Assembly: GCA_964469335.1 (NCBI GenBank)
Contig: CAYXYK010000001.1
Location: forward strand, 235,976-299,975
DNA: 64,000 bases
Direction of reading: 5' to 3'
From: an uncultured Candidatus Saccharibacteria bacterium
Lineage (GTDB): Bacteria; Patescibacteriota; Minisyncoccia; Phycocordibacterales; UBA6899
The translations under genes were made by a program, and so were the position numbers. Below, piece after piece: positions 1 to 8,969 of this stretch (its first letter is position 1; each line of letters begins with the position of its first letter). The notes beneath the pieces are model-generated. The model was given only the letters and a program-made list of their open reading frames with translations. It did not search any database and was not told where the DNA came from.

Positions 1-179
1 GCGGGGTACTTGGTCTCGTTGCGTTTGCCGCTGCTGCACCTGCGCATGCAGGTGGTCATGATGCGATCAAGGAATTCGGCAATAATCTTGGTCGTGAGAT
101 CCGAGTACAGATTGGCGAGGCAGGAAGAGACTCTGGGGCAGTCATCGGTGGAGCAGCTCGTGTCGGAATTGACCGTGCA

Positions 180-608
180 GTGAATGCTACGACCGCAGAA
201 GTCTTGCGACGCATGGGAGTCCCAGTCGCACAGACACCCGAAGAGGTAGTTGTCGTCCCGCGCAGTATTCCGGGTGGTGGTTATGGGGTCTACGGTCCTG
301 GGCAGCTCCCTCCGCCCCCAGGAGTGTATGGTGGCTATCCACGTGGGAATGAGGGGAGCGACATCCGTTATGTACGAAGCCAGGAGGTCGGCAATCTTCA
401 GCAGCAACTCGAAGCTCAGAAGGGAATCGCTGCGCAGGCGTATGGCGAAATGATGATGCATAAGGCGAACTATGAGCGAACCGGCAGCAAGGGAGAGTCT
501 GACATGTATTACCTCAAAATGAATGAATACAACCGTGAAATGATCAATATTAACAATACACAGCGTGCACTCAATGTTGCGATCCAAAACATGAGACAAG
601 GGAGATAG
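180..608 (+). CDS. hypothetical protein with Gly/Pro/Tyr-rich low-complexity segment (GTG start; reading frame may extend upstream)
   Basis: ORF track; translation MNATTAEV begins at GTG; segment GGGYGVYGPGQLPPPPGVYGGYPRG; terminator hairpin follows at 631-660. Confidence 0.4.
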   Translation: MNATTAEVLRRMGVPVAQTPEEVVVVPRSIPGGGYGVYGPGQLPPPPGVYGGYPRGNEGSDIRYVRSQEVGNLQQQLEAQKGIAAQAYGEMMMHKANYERTGSKGESDMYYLKMNEYNREMININNTQRALNVAIQNMRQGR

Positions 609-630
609 TTCACGTTTCACGAGATATCAA

Positions 631-660
631 AACATTCCCGGACGGGAATGTTTTGTTTTT
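631..660 (+). terminator. rho-independent terminator (AACATTCCCG-GAC-GGGAATGTT + TTGTTTTT)
   Basis: perfect 9-10 bp stem followed by T-run read directly from sequence. Confidence 0.6.
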
Positions 661-698
661 GGCGAATGTGTGCTTGAATGGCTGAGCAGTCGGGAAAC

Positions 699-769
699 CG
701 GGGTGTAGTATAATGGTAGTATATATGCTTTGGGAGCATAAGGTCAGAGTTCGATTCTCTGCACCCCGA
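699..769 (+). tRNA. tRNA-Pro (anticodon UGG)
   Basis: manual cloverleaf: acceptor CGGGGTG/CACCCCG, T-arm CAGAG-TTCGATT-CTCTG, anticodon stem TATGC/GCATA with loop TTTGGGA (U33, anticodon TGG, G37); 71 nt, no encoded CCA. Confidence 0.85.
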
Positions 770-782
770 CAAATAACAACAA

Positions 783-804
783 AACCCCGAAAGGGGTTTT
801 GTTG
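783..804 (+). terminator. rho-independent terminator after tRNA-Pro (CCCC-GAAA-GGGG + TTTTGTTG)
   Basis: GC stem plus T-run seen in sequence. Confidence 0.6.
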
Positions 805-1004
805 TATGTCGTCGGGGGGAGAAAGTGCCTTGCGGCACTTTCGTCAGAGAATCGAAACCCTTCTCCGCTATTTGTGAAGAATTATTATTCTGAACAAATC
901 GGAAAGGGGTACTGCGGCTGTAGGCCGAGATTCTCTGCTTTTTTAAAAAATTATTGCTTCTCCGCATTTCCTCTTCTCCATTTCCCATATACTATATATA
1001 GAGT

Positions 1005-1616
1005 ATGGAATCCGACCCCACTATCGATACACCATCACCTGATGTACACGATCTGTTCGCTCAGGAACAAAAAGAGGATGCGCATGAGTTATTTCTCTTC
1101 GAGATAGATAATGAGCTTTATGCTGTATCAGTAGAAGATGTCGATCAGGTCATGAAGATCCCTCCGGTGACAAGTGTGCCAAATGCCCCGGATTCTATCC
1201 TCGGAATATTCCATCTTCGCGGGAAAGTGATCGTCGCCATCGACCTTCTGCGTCGCATGCATATCAAGCGGCAATCTTCGTTCGTGCCGCTCTACCTCTT
1301 CGTTTCCCATAAGCAGAAGAACTATTTCGCTGTTCTTGTTGACCGGGTATTCAGTGTGATCAAAGTTCCCAAAAGCATGATCACTCCGCTTTCCCCAGTC
1401 ATCGCGTCAAAGATCAGCGCAGAATATGTTCGCGGCATGTTCATGTACAAGGAACCCATAAAGACACAAAAACGTCCTGACAATTTCATGATTGAGCCAA
1501 AGAAGGAAGGAGAAGTAGTTTCCGTCGAGGAGCCGCCTCGCCCTGCGCTTTGGCTCAATATCCCACTCCTGCTTGACCAACAGGAGATCCTGAAGACCGA
1601 GGGTGTACCCGATTGA
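1005..1616 (+). CDS. cheW: CheW-like chemotaxis coupling protein
   Basis: ELFLFEIDNELYAVSVEDVDQVMKIPPVTSVPNAPDSILGIFHLRGKVIVAIDL matches the CheW-like domain pattern; first gene of che cluster. Confidence 0.85.
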   Translation: MESDPTIDTPSPDVHDLFAQEQKEDAHELFLFEIDNELYAVSVEDVDQVMKIPPVTSVPNAPDSILGIFHLRGKVIVAIDLLRRMHIKRQSSFVPLYLFVSHKQKNYFAVLVDRVFSVIKVPKSMITPLSPVIASKISAEYVRGMFMYKEPIKTQKRPDNFMIEPKKEGEVVSVEEPPRPALWLNIPLLLDQQEILKTEGVPD

Positions 1617-1651
1617 GTGCATTCGACAAATTTTCGGATATGGTACAATAA

Positions 1652-2032
1652 TTGAATCAAATTTCGTATAAGCATATGGACAAAAAAATTCTCATTGTTG
1701 ATGATTCCGCATTCATGCGCAAGGTACTAAGGGACATCTTTGAAAGTGCGGGGTATACCCACTTCATCGAAGCGGCGAACGGGCGCGAGGCGATCGAGAA
1801 ATGGCGCGGAGAGCAACCGGACTTCATTTTTCTTGATGTGATCATGCCGGAGATGAACGGAATCGATGTGCTCCGTGAGATAGGGAAAGAAGCAAAGATC
1901 ATCGTTGTCTCAGCTGTCGGGCAGGACGAAATGATCCAAGAAGCAAAATCACTTGGGGCACTCGACTATGTGGTCAAGCCGTTCGATCGCGATCTCGTTC
2001 TTGAGAAAGCGCAAAAGTATATTCCGAAGTAA
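1652..2032 (+). CDS. cheY: CheY-like single-domain response regulator (alternative start at 1676, MDKKILIVDD)
   Basis: KILIVDDSAFMRK ... FIFLDVIMPEMNGIDVL ... DYVVKPF: receiver-domain acidic pocket, phospho-Asp and K motifs. Confidence 0.85.
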   Translation: MNQISYKHMDKKILIVDDSAFMRKVLRDIFESAGYTHFIEAANGREAIEKWRGEQPDFIFLDVIMPEMNGIDVLREIGKEAKIIVVSAVGQDEMIQEAKSLGALDYVVKPFDRDLVLEKAQKYIPK

Positions 2033-2049
2033 TCCCGCTGAGGAGACGT

Positions 2050-3129
2050 ATGAATACCAGTAGTGATGCAAAGATCCGCGTGCTTGTTGCGGACGATTCT
2101 TTTTTCATTCGTCGATACCTCAGTGAATTATTTGAGCGCTCTTCGGATATAGAGGTAGTCGGCATGGCAAGTGATGGCGAGGAAGTTGTCACACTCGCAC
2201 GAACCCTGAAACCTGATGTGATCACGATGGACTTCCACATGCCGAAGAAGAACGGGATCGAAGCCACCGCGGAGATCATGCTCGGGGAGCGTCCGCTTCC
2301 AGCCATCGTCATGCTCTCAGCGTTCGACGGTAAAGACGGCGAGAAGGTGAAGCGGTCCCTTCTTGCTTCTGGGGCAGAAGTGCTCATGAAACCGTCTGGT
2401 GAGATATCCCTAGATATCGAACGGGCAGCTCAGGACATACTGACCCGTGTCAGGCAGGTCGGAACAGTCGAGCTGCGAATGAAAGAACTCTATCATCGGA
2501 TGCATGGTGCGCACATGAGAATACCGGACACATTTGGTGTCCACCGAGGGAGAGAGCCGATCGTACTCGTGCTCGGTGCCTCGACTGGCGGACCTCCGCT
2601 CATCGAACATCTTTTGTCGCTGATCGATCCATACTCGGGAGTCGCGGTCATTATCGTGCAGCATATGTCGCATTATTTCACCGAACTGTTCGCCGAACGA
2701 CTTGATCGCGTCACAAATTTCAACGTGCGCGAGGCAGTCGATGGAGACATCCCTTCGGCAGGTGTGGCGCTTGTTGTTCCTGGGGGGATGTATCTTGAAC
2801 AGGGAGTAGGTGATGAGGGGGAGATACTTCCGGGTTTTCTGGTGAAAAAAAGCGATGGTCCTCATGAAACGGAGATAGACAAGACCATGGAGGCAGTTGC
2901 TTCGATGGCAGGTAATCGTGTTTGCGGAGTACTCCTGTCGGGAATGGGTGCCGACGGTGCAAATGGGATGAGAAGCATTAAAGAGCATGGTGGAAGTACC
3001 GTGGTGCAAGATCCAGAAGATGCGGCAGTCTCATCCATGCCGAAAAGCGCGGTGAATGCCGCGGTCGCCGATGTCGTTCTGACTGCGGACATGATACCCG
3101 AATATATCAAGACGCTCATCGGCAAGTAG
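2050..3129 (+). CDS. cheB: CheB protein-glutamate methylesterase (REC + methylesterase)
   Basis: N-terminal receiver (VLVADDSFFIRR...ITMDFHMPKKNG) then methylesterase motifs IVLVLGASTGGPPLI and SMP. Confidence 0.9.
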   Translation: MNTSSDAKIRVLVADDSFFIRRYLSELFERSSDIEVVGMASDGEEVVTLARTLKPDVITMDFHMPKKNGIEATAEIMLGERPLPAIVMLSAFDGKDGEKVKRSLLASGAEVLMKPSGEISLDIERAAQDILTRVRQVGTVELRMKELYHRMHGAHMRIPDTFGVHRGREPIVLVLGASTGGPPLIEHLLSLIDPYSGVAVIIVQHMSHYFTELFAERLDRVTNFNVREAVDGDIPSAGVALVVPGGMYLEQGVGDEGEILPGFLVKKSDGPHETEIDKTMEAVASMAGNRVCGVLLSGMGADGANGMRSIKEHGGSTVVQDPEDAAVSSMPKSAVNAAVADVVLTADMIPEYIKTLIGK

Positions 3130-3159
3130 TCACCCTCTGCATCGTGATACAATGAATTC

Positions 3160-4848
3160 GTGGTACTCGGTAATAATAAATTCAAGGACCTTTTTTGTGA
3201 GGAAGCAACGGACCAACTCACCACTCTCTCCGGTGAACTTTTGAATATTGAAAAAGACCCAACAAATATCGAGCGATATGCGACGCTCATGCGTGCAGCA
3301 CACACAGTGAAAGGCGCAGCGGCGACGATGGGATATACCGGAATGGCGAAACTCGCACATGCACTCGAAGACGTCTTCCATCTTGGAGAACGAAAGGCAA
3401 TAGTACTCGATGCTGAAGCGGTGAGCGTCTCACTGTCTGCGATCGACACGATGCGCGCCTCGCTTGCAGAGATCAAAGAACATGACAAGGAGATCGACGT
3501 TGAGCAAGTCATTCAGAATTTACTCGCACTTACTTCAAGGGAGCAATCGGCATCTTCTGCTATCGCAGAGAATGCTCCTGTTCATCCCACTCCGGTGCCA
3601 GCGCAGGCTTTTGCGTCCGCACTTCCATCAAGTGTGCGTGTGGATGTCGAACGACTGGACGCACTGATGGGACTTTTTGAAGAAATGCTCATGCTACGAC
3701 TCAAGCTCGATTCTCTGCTTGAGCCGGCGATCGGGATCACCAAAACTATCACCGATCACCAAGTAAAGGATCGACTCTATTTTCTAAAAGAGTTCGAGAC
3801 CATCTTTGCGCAACTCGCACGGCTGCTCTCAGAGACGCAGGGTCAATTGCTCACGATACGACTGGTGCAAGTCGAGATGATTTTTTCTCAGTTCCCACGT
3901 ATGGTACGTGATCTTTCATTGCGTGAAGGTAAACAGGTCGAGTTTCGCATGGAGGGAGGAGATGTAGAGCTTGATCGCACAGTGCTCAGTGGACTTGGAG
4001 GAGCACTCGCGCATCTCCTCCGGAATGCAGTCGACCATGGGATAGATAAGTCGGGCACGATAGTTCTTTCCGCAAAACACATGAACGATCGTGTCCATGT
4101 GTCAGTAGTCGATAATGGAGTCGGGATCGACTATGATCGCGTCAAGCAAGTCGCCATCGAGCGGGGCATCATCGCTGAAGATGCGGCAACACACCTGCGT
4201 AAGCAGGAGATCACTGAATTACTCTTTCACCCGAATATGTCCACCAATACCGAAGTGACAGATATTTCCGGGAGAGGGGTCGGGCTTTCAGCGGTGCATT
4301 CATTCGTCAAAGAAGTCGGAGGACACATTTCAGTCATTTCACCTGTATCGGACGGAAGGGGGACGAAGTTTCTGCTCGATCTTCCCATCTCACTTGCAAC
4401 GGTCCAAGTCCTTCTGGTCGAATCAAGTCGCTTTACCTTCGCGCTTCCATTCAGCGCTGTCGTTCGTACCCTGACATTCTCCCGAAGTGACATAAGGGAG
4501 TCCGCGCATCAGGAGATGGTCACCGTGGACGGTAAACTCGTACCAATACTCTATCTTAACAAGCTTCTCGACATCACGTTCGGTGACATGTTCTTCGCAG
4601 GAAAGAAAGTCGGTGATGAGGTACTGGCGGTCTTGCTTGAGATCGAAGGAGAGCGTATCTTGGTCGCGATAGATAGCTGCCTCGGAGAGCAGGAACTCTT
4701 GATCAAATCACTCCCCCCTGTTCTTCGCAACATACGTGGATTCTCAGGGTCAGCGCTTCTCCCTGACGGTCGTACCATCTTATTACTCGACGCGCACGGT
4801 TTACTCCTCGAAGCACTTGGCGATATACTGGGTACTCATAACACTTGA
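3160..4848 (+). CDS. cheA: CheA histidine kinase (HPt-dimerisation-HATPase-CheW-like; appears to lack a P2 domain)
   Basis: HPt motif RAAHTVKGAAATMGY; P3 VRVDVERLDALMGLFEE; N-box HLLRNAVDHG; G-boxes VVDNGVGID and GRGVGLSAV; C-terminal CheW-like region. Confidence 0.9.
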   Translation: MVLGNNKFKDLFCEEATDQLTTLSGELLNIEKDPTNIERYATLMRAAHTVKGAAATMGYTGMAKLAHALEDVFHLGERKAIVLDAEAVSVSLSAIDTMRASLAEIKEHDKEIDVEQVIQNLLALTSREQSASSAIAENAPVHPTPVPAQAFASALPSSVRVDVERLDALMGLFEEMLMLRLKLDSLLEPAIGITKTITDHQVKDRLYFLKEFETIFAQLARLLSETQGQLLTIRLVQVEMIFSQFPRMVRDLSLREGKQVEFRMEGGDVELDRTVLSGLGGALAHLLRNAVDHGIDKSGTIVLSAKHMNDRVHVSVVDNGVGIDYDRVKQVAIERGIIAEDAATHLRKQEITELLFHPNMSTNTEVTDISGRGVGLSAVHSFVKEVGGHISVISPVSDGRGTKFLLDLPISLATVQVLLVESSRFTFALPFSAVVRTLTFSRSDIRESAHQEMVTVDGKLVPILYLNKLLDITFGDMFFAGKKVGDEVLAVLLEIEGERILVAIDSCLGEQELLIKSLPPVLRNIRGFSGSALLPDGRTILLLDAHGLLLEALGDILGTHNT

Positions 4849-4849
4849 T

Positions 4850-5512
4850 ATGTCACACGCATTTCATCTCACACGCGAAGACGAAGACCAACTGAAAGAA
4901 CTTTTGAACATCGAGGTATCCCATGCTTCAACTACACTTTCAAAAATGGTAGGAAAGTCAGTCACAATCAGTGTTCCCAATCTTGACGTAAAGAATGCCC
5001 GCTCTCTCACTGTGAAGGTGAAGGATCCAAACGCCATTACGGTTGCTGTGCTCCTGCGTCTTTCAGGAATACTCGAGGGATATGTACTGCTCTATTTCCC
5101 ATACTCCGCATCGCTCCGTCTCTTGCAGACGCTTTCCGGGAAAAAAGTGACCGATCTCCGGGCGCTCGACAAGTACGACCGCTCGATCTTTCAGGAGGTC
5201 GGCAACGTACTGACCGGCGGAATGCTCAAAGGACTTTCTCAGTTTCTTCATATCGAACTGATGCAGTCAGTACCTGACGTCGTCATCGATATGGGCGGGG
5301 CGATGTTCAATTCCATCTCGGCGGCGATGATCCATCAGCACAATGAATTCCTCGCACTCGATGTCGCCATCTGTGTCGATGCCGAACCAGGATCGTTCTC
5401 TTGCAAAGACGGGCAGGAGGCGGTCGGCAATATGTATCTTTTTCTCGGACCGGAGGCGGCGGATACGATCCTTAAGCTTACTAACGCGATGATCAGTCCG
5501 AGCCATGAGTAA
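4850..5512 (+). CDS. cheC: CheC-family CheY-P phosphatase
   Basis: both CheC signature sites D/S-x3-E-x2-N-x22-P present exactly (DQLKELLN...22 aa...P and SIFQEVGN...22 aa...P); start ATG 4850 immediately after cheA stop. Confidence 0.85.
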   Translation: MSHAFHLTREDEDQLKELLNIEVSHASTTLSKMVGKSVTISVPNLDVKNARSLTVKVKDPNAITVAVLLRLSGILEGYVLLYFPYSASLRLLQTLSGKKVTDLRALDKYDRSIFQEVGNVLTGGMLKGLSQFLHIELMQSVPDVVIDMGGAMFNSISAAMIHQHNEFLALDVAICVDAEPGSFSCKDGQEAVGNMYLFLGPEAADTILKLTNAMISPSHE

Positions 5513-5996
5513 GCAAGTCGATATCCATATCGCTGAATTGTTCGCTGCGAACGAGGAGTTCGTGATCACTACCAGTGGTGTCGGTTCTTGTGTCGTCATC
5601 GTGCTTTACGATCGACTAATGCGTATCGGAGGGATGGCACATGCGATACTCCCAAGAAGGCGAACGACAGAAGATGTGAATCTCTTTCATCGGGACGAAA
5701 GCGGGAAGGTGTTCGTGAAGTATGTCGATCAGGCGATCGAGACACTCGTTGACGAGATTAAGGCACTCGGCGGGAATCCCGAACATTTGGTCGCAAAACT
5801 TGTCGGCGGTGCGCATATGTTCGTGCTTCTTGAGGGCGACCAGCATGGCATCGGTTTTGAGAACACCGTCAGCGCCCGCGAGACACTCGCGCGTTTCAAT
5901 ATTCCTGTCGAAACTGAGGTCGTCGGTGGAACGGTCGGGCGGAATGTCCGTTTTGACATATCGACCGGAATCGTCGAGATCACCACGAAAGTGTAA
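5505..5996 (+). CDS. cheD: CheD chemoreceptor glutamine deamidase
   Basis: VGSCVVIVLYD ... GGMAHAILP matches conserved CheD Cys/His region; overlaps cheC by 8 bp. Confidence 0.85.
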   Translation: MSKQVDIHIAELFAANEEFVITTSGVGSCVVIVLYDRLMRIGGMAHAILPRRRTTEDVNLFHRDESGKVFVKYVDQAIETLVDEIKALGGNPEHLVAKLVGGAHMFVLLEGDQHGIGFENTVSARETLARFNIPVETEVVGGTVGRNVRFDISTGIVEITTKV

Positions 5997-6036
5997 GTGA
6001 CTTGTGGAATATCCAAGTTCAAAATAGACTGGTGAC

Positions 6037-6540
6037 ATGAGATCACCGGTCTTTTCATTCATCGCACTCGCGCTCCTTGTCGTAGTTTTGGTAATGAAAA
6101 GTGATCTGCTTTCACGGGAAACATTTGCACGTGAGTATCGAGAGAAGTTTCACGTAGAACCACACGTTTCGCCCGATGGTATATTCCATCTGACATTATG
6201 CGAGTTCAAACCAGCAATGAACGTGAATGCATGGGCACCGAATCATACCCGTACGTTCCGCGCACTGCTCGCAAAAGATGAAGCGACGAACGAACAGTCG
6301 ATCTTTATTGAGCAGGCACGACCGAGAATGTGCTATAAGCTCGAAGGCAAGACGGTTCTGCAAAACATCGATCGAGTATACTGGCTTTCAGCGACCACGC
6401 TCGGGTTCGTCGTAGGTAATTCAACGGGAAGCGGAACAGAGTACTTCATCGACATAAGGACACTCTCATCGACCCATCATCCGGAACATGAAGGAAGTGA
6501 GATGAGAAAATTCGGGATCGAGAATAAGTTGATCGATTGA
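6037..6540 (+). CDS. hypothetical protein with N-terminal signal/TM segment
   Basis: ORF track; hydrophobic N-terminus SFIALALLVVVLV; no recognisable family. Confidence 0.5.
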   Translation: MRSPVFSFIALALLVVVLVMKSDLLSRETFAREYREKFHVEPHVSPDGIFHLTLCEFKPAMNVNAWAPNHTRTFRALLAKDEATNEQSIFIEQARPRMCYKLEGKTVLQNIDRVYWLSATTLGFVVGNSTGSGTEYFIDIRTLSSTHHPEHEGSEMRKFGIENKLID

Positions 6541-7208
6541 AAATGAAACGGAATGAGACAATAACTGAGAAACGCGAACGAGTACGTCGCGCAACGAGAA
6601 TACTCCATGAACTCAAGCGACTCTTTCCGTCTGCGGGGATGATGCTCGCATGCACGAATGATTGGGAATTGATGGTAGCAGTGCAACTCTCCGCGCAGTG
6701 TACCGACAAAAAGGTGAATCAAGTAACGCCGGCGTTATTCGCACGTTACCCATCGCTCGATGACTATGCTTCGGCAGACCCTCAAGAGTTTGAACAACTA
6801 ATCTACCAGACTGGATTCTTTCGCGCTAAAACTAAGAACATCCTTGCTGCGGCAAAGATGGTGAAACGTGAGTTCCACGGGATCCTTCCGAGGACCATGA
6901 AGGAGATGCTCACTATCCCAGGAGTCGGCCGCAAGACCGCGAGTGTCGTGCTCGGAAATGCCTACGGAGTCGCAGAAGGCATCGCGGTAGACACCCATGT
7001 GAAACGCTTGTCACAAGTATTCGGGCTCACGGATGAGACAGACGTCGCGAAGATCGAGCGTGACCTGATGGAGCTCATTCCGAAGAACGAATGGTTTCAC
7101 GCTACCTACTTGTTCATTGAGTATGGTAGAAAGTTTTGTCCGGCACGGAAACATGATACGAAAACATGCCCTTTAGGACATGTTTCGATGTTACACACTG
7201 CCGAATAA
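6537..7208 (+). CDS. nth: endonuclease III (HhH-GPD base-excision DNA glycosylase)
   Basis: HhH motif LTIPGVGRKTASVVL, catalytic region, C-terminal Cys residues; overlaps previous ORF by 4 bp. Confidence 0.85.
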   Translation: MKMKRNETITEKRERVRRATRILHELKRLFPSAGMMLACTNDWELMVAVQLSAQCTDKKVNQVTPALFARYPSLDDYASADPQEFEQLIYQTGFFRAKTKNILAAAKMVKREFHGILPRTMKEMLTIPGVGRKTASVVLGNAYGVAEGIAVDTHVKRLSQVFGLTDETDVAKIERDLMELIPKNEWFHATYLFIEYGRKFCPARKHDTKTCPLGHVSMLHTAE

Positions 7209-7312
7209 CATCACAGATCGCTGAGAAACCTATATTTCTCCGTTCCACACGCCAAAGTATGTCCTCGCTGCGTTCCGGTGTTATTCGTGGTCTGTGTTAC
7301 ACGAGTCAATAA

Positions 7313-8026
7313 TCATTTCTTGGAAAGAATGCTCTTGATGACCTCCTCAGTCTCTTTCGGGTTGGCGACAGATCTGGTCGGTACCACACCGATCACCGTT
7401 TCGTCATTCCCGTTCGGGAACAGTGCGTCGCCGACATAAAGACAATCACTCTTCTTCCACTTCATCTTCTTGTAGAGTGCTTCAACGTTCCTACCCTTGT
7501 TGTATCCTTTGATGAAGAAATCAAGGCAGGTCGTACCACCTATCTTCACTTCGACGTTCTTGCTCTTGAATGGGAATTTCTTAAGTATCGTGAGACGCTT
7601 CTTCTGATCGGGGTCGCACTTTTCTTTTTTGCTGATATCTTCCGAGTGACCGATCAGAGAGTACGAGATCTGGCAGCCGCGATCCTGCACCAGATCAAGT
7701 TTGTCCTTGTATCGAAACAAGCCCTTCTTGATGATCATGTTTGCGTACGCGAGTACCTCGAGTTTCTGGGTCCAGTCCATGGTGTTCTCCCAAAGTGTCT
7801 CACCTTCGCGATTCACACACATATTTCCGTTCTGCCCCATCACCCAATATTTACCAGCCATACTTTCGCCGAGTTGGACCCCGATCTGTTTGGTGTTGGC
7901 CCCAGAAACGACGAGTACTTCATGCTTCCTGGAAAGTTCTTTGAGGAGTTTCGACATCTCAGGGGTCACTCTCGAGCGGCTGCGGGTGAGGGTATTGTCG
8001 AGGTCGAAGAAAATATATTTAGGCAT
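7313..8026 (-). CDS. HAD-superfamily hydrolase (PMM/Cof-like)
   Basis: N-terminal FFDLDNTLT HAD motif I, later VGDA motif. Confidence 0.7.
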   Translation of the reverse strand: MPKYIFFDLDNTLTRSRSRVTPEMSKLLKELSRKHEVLVVSGANTKQIGVQLGESMAGKYWVMGQNGNMCVNREGETLWENTMDWTQKLEVLAYANMIIKKGLFRYKDKLDLVQDRGCQISYSLIGHSEDISKKEKCDPDQKKRLTILKKFPFKSKNVEVKIGGTTCLDFFIKGYNKGRNVEALYKKMKWKKSDCLYVGDALFPNGNDETVIGVVPTRSVANPKETEEVIKSILSKK

Positions 8027-8150
8027 CGAGGTCTATGGTGAGTGGTTAACGTATGCACATAGTATACCGCCCCGCATGTGTGCCGCAAAACTCAAGCAAG
8101 TTTGCTTCATGTCGGTCTATTTGCTAGGATACGAATCACGTGCGAAATAT

Positions 8151-8221
8151 GCGGGTATGGTTTAGTGGTAGAATGTCTGCCTTCCAAGCAGAAGACGGGA
8201 GTTCGATTCTCCCTACCCGCA
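8151..8221 (+). tRNA. tRNA-Gly (anticodon UCC)
   Basis: acceptor GCGGGTA/TACCCGC, T-arm GGGAG-TTCGATT-CTCCC, anticodon loop CTTCCAA (TCC); 71 nt. Confidence 0.9.
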
Positions 8222-8292
8222 CAGATTCAGAAATCAAAAGTCCTTACTGAGAAGTAAGGACTTTTGATTTCGTGCGGGTAGGGAGAATCGAA
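8202..8292. repeat. composite palindrome: 21-bp inverted duplicate of the tRNA-Gly 3' end flanking a 19-bp-stem terminator hairpin
   Basis: 8272-8292 GTGCGGGTAGGGAGAATCGAA is the exact reverse complement of 8202-8222; inner IR 8230-8248/8253-8271. Confidence 0.75.
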
Positions 8293-8404
8293 AGACGGAG
8301 CGGATGCCGAGCCAGCAGGCGAGGCCGCGAGTCGGGGTCGCAAGAATTTGTGAGTGGCGACGAACAAATTACTTGTGACCGATTCTCTGTGATACGATTA
8401 AATT

Positions 8405-8932
8405 ATGATATTTCTGGAAATGATAAACCCACGCTGGTCCAACCCCGAAAACGGAGGAGTAGAAGATCAATGTGTTCACGGCGAAATATTATTTCAAATC
8501 AACAATACAACTTTTGCTAACTTACAAGATGGTGAGCTGTCGCCTGTAACTGCTGCCTTGTATCTGATGCGTTCAATAGAACGCGAACACACACTAACCG
8601 ATTCAATAACTTCAGGTTCAAAAGTAAATATATTTCCGCACTGTGGCTTCACAGTCTGGGTTCAAGATAATAAACTTCTGATTATGGGGTGCGATAATGG
8701 AGTGAATTTTGAGATAAAACATCTCAACGGAGTAGTTGTTGTTGTTGATAAAAACGGAACAATAAAAACTATTTCTGAAAGTGAATGGAAGTACGCAGTG
8801 AGAAAATTTGCTGAACAAATTTCAAAGTTCTATGAAACAGAAAGTCCGAAAGAATATATTGAGGACACGACTGACCGTGAAGGCTGGGAAATGTTCTGGA
8901 AAGAATTTCATGAGCGCTTGAGTAGGATATAA
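8405..8932 (+). CDS. hypothetical protein encoded in a block that looks markedly AT-rich by eye
   Basis: ORF track; local base composition appears much more AT-rich than flanks (not computed); no family recognised. Confidence 0.45.
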   Translation: MIFLEMINPRWSNPENGGVEDQCVHGEILFQINNTTFANLQDGELSPVTAALYLMRSIEREHTLTDSITSGSKVNIFPHCGFTVWVQDNKLLIMGCDNGVNFEIKHLNGVVVVVDKNGTIKTISESEWKYAVRKFAEQISKFYETESPKEYIEDTTDREGWEMFWKEFHERLSRI

Positions 8933-8969
8933 CATATGTAAACCCTACTTTACATGCTATAATGCAGAT

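Noticed and set aside
699-769. Alternative anticodon reading (UUG, Gln) for the first tRNA
   Set aside because: That register gives a mispaired anticodon stem. The UGG register gives a perfect TATGC/GCATA stem with U33 and G37.
617-988. 123-aa minus-strand ORF
   Set aside because: Overlaps the tRNA-Pro gene and two terminator hairpins. No RBS or homology.
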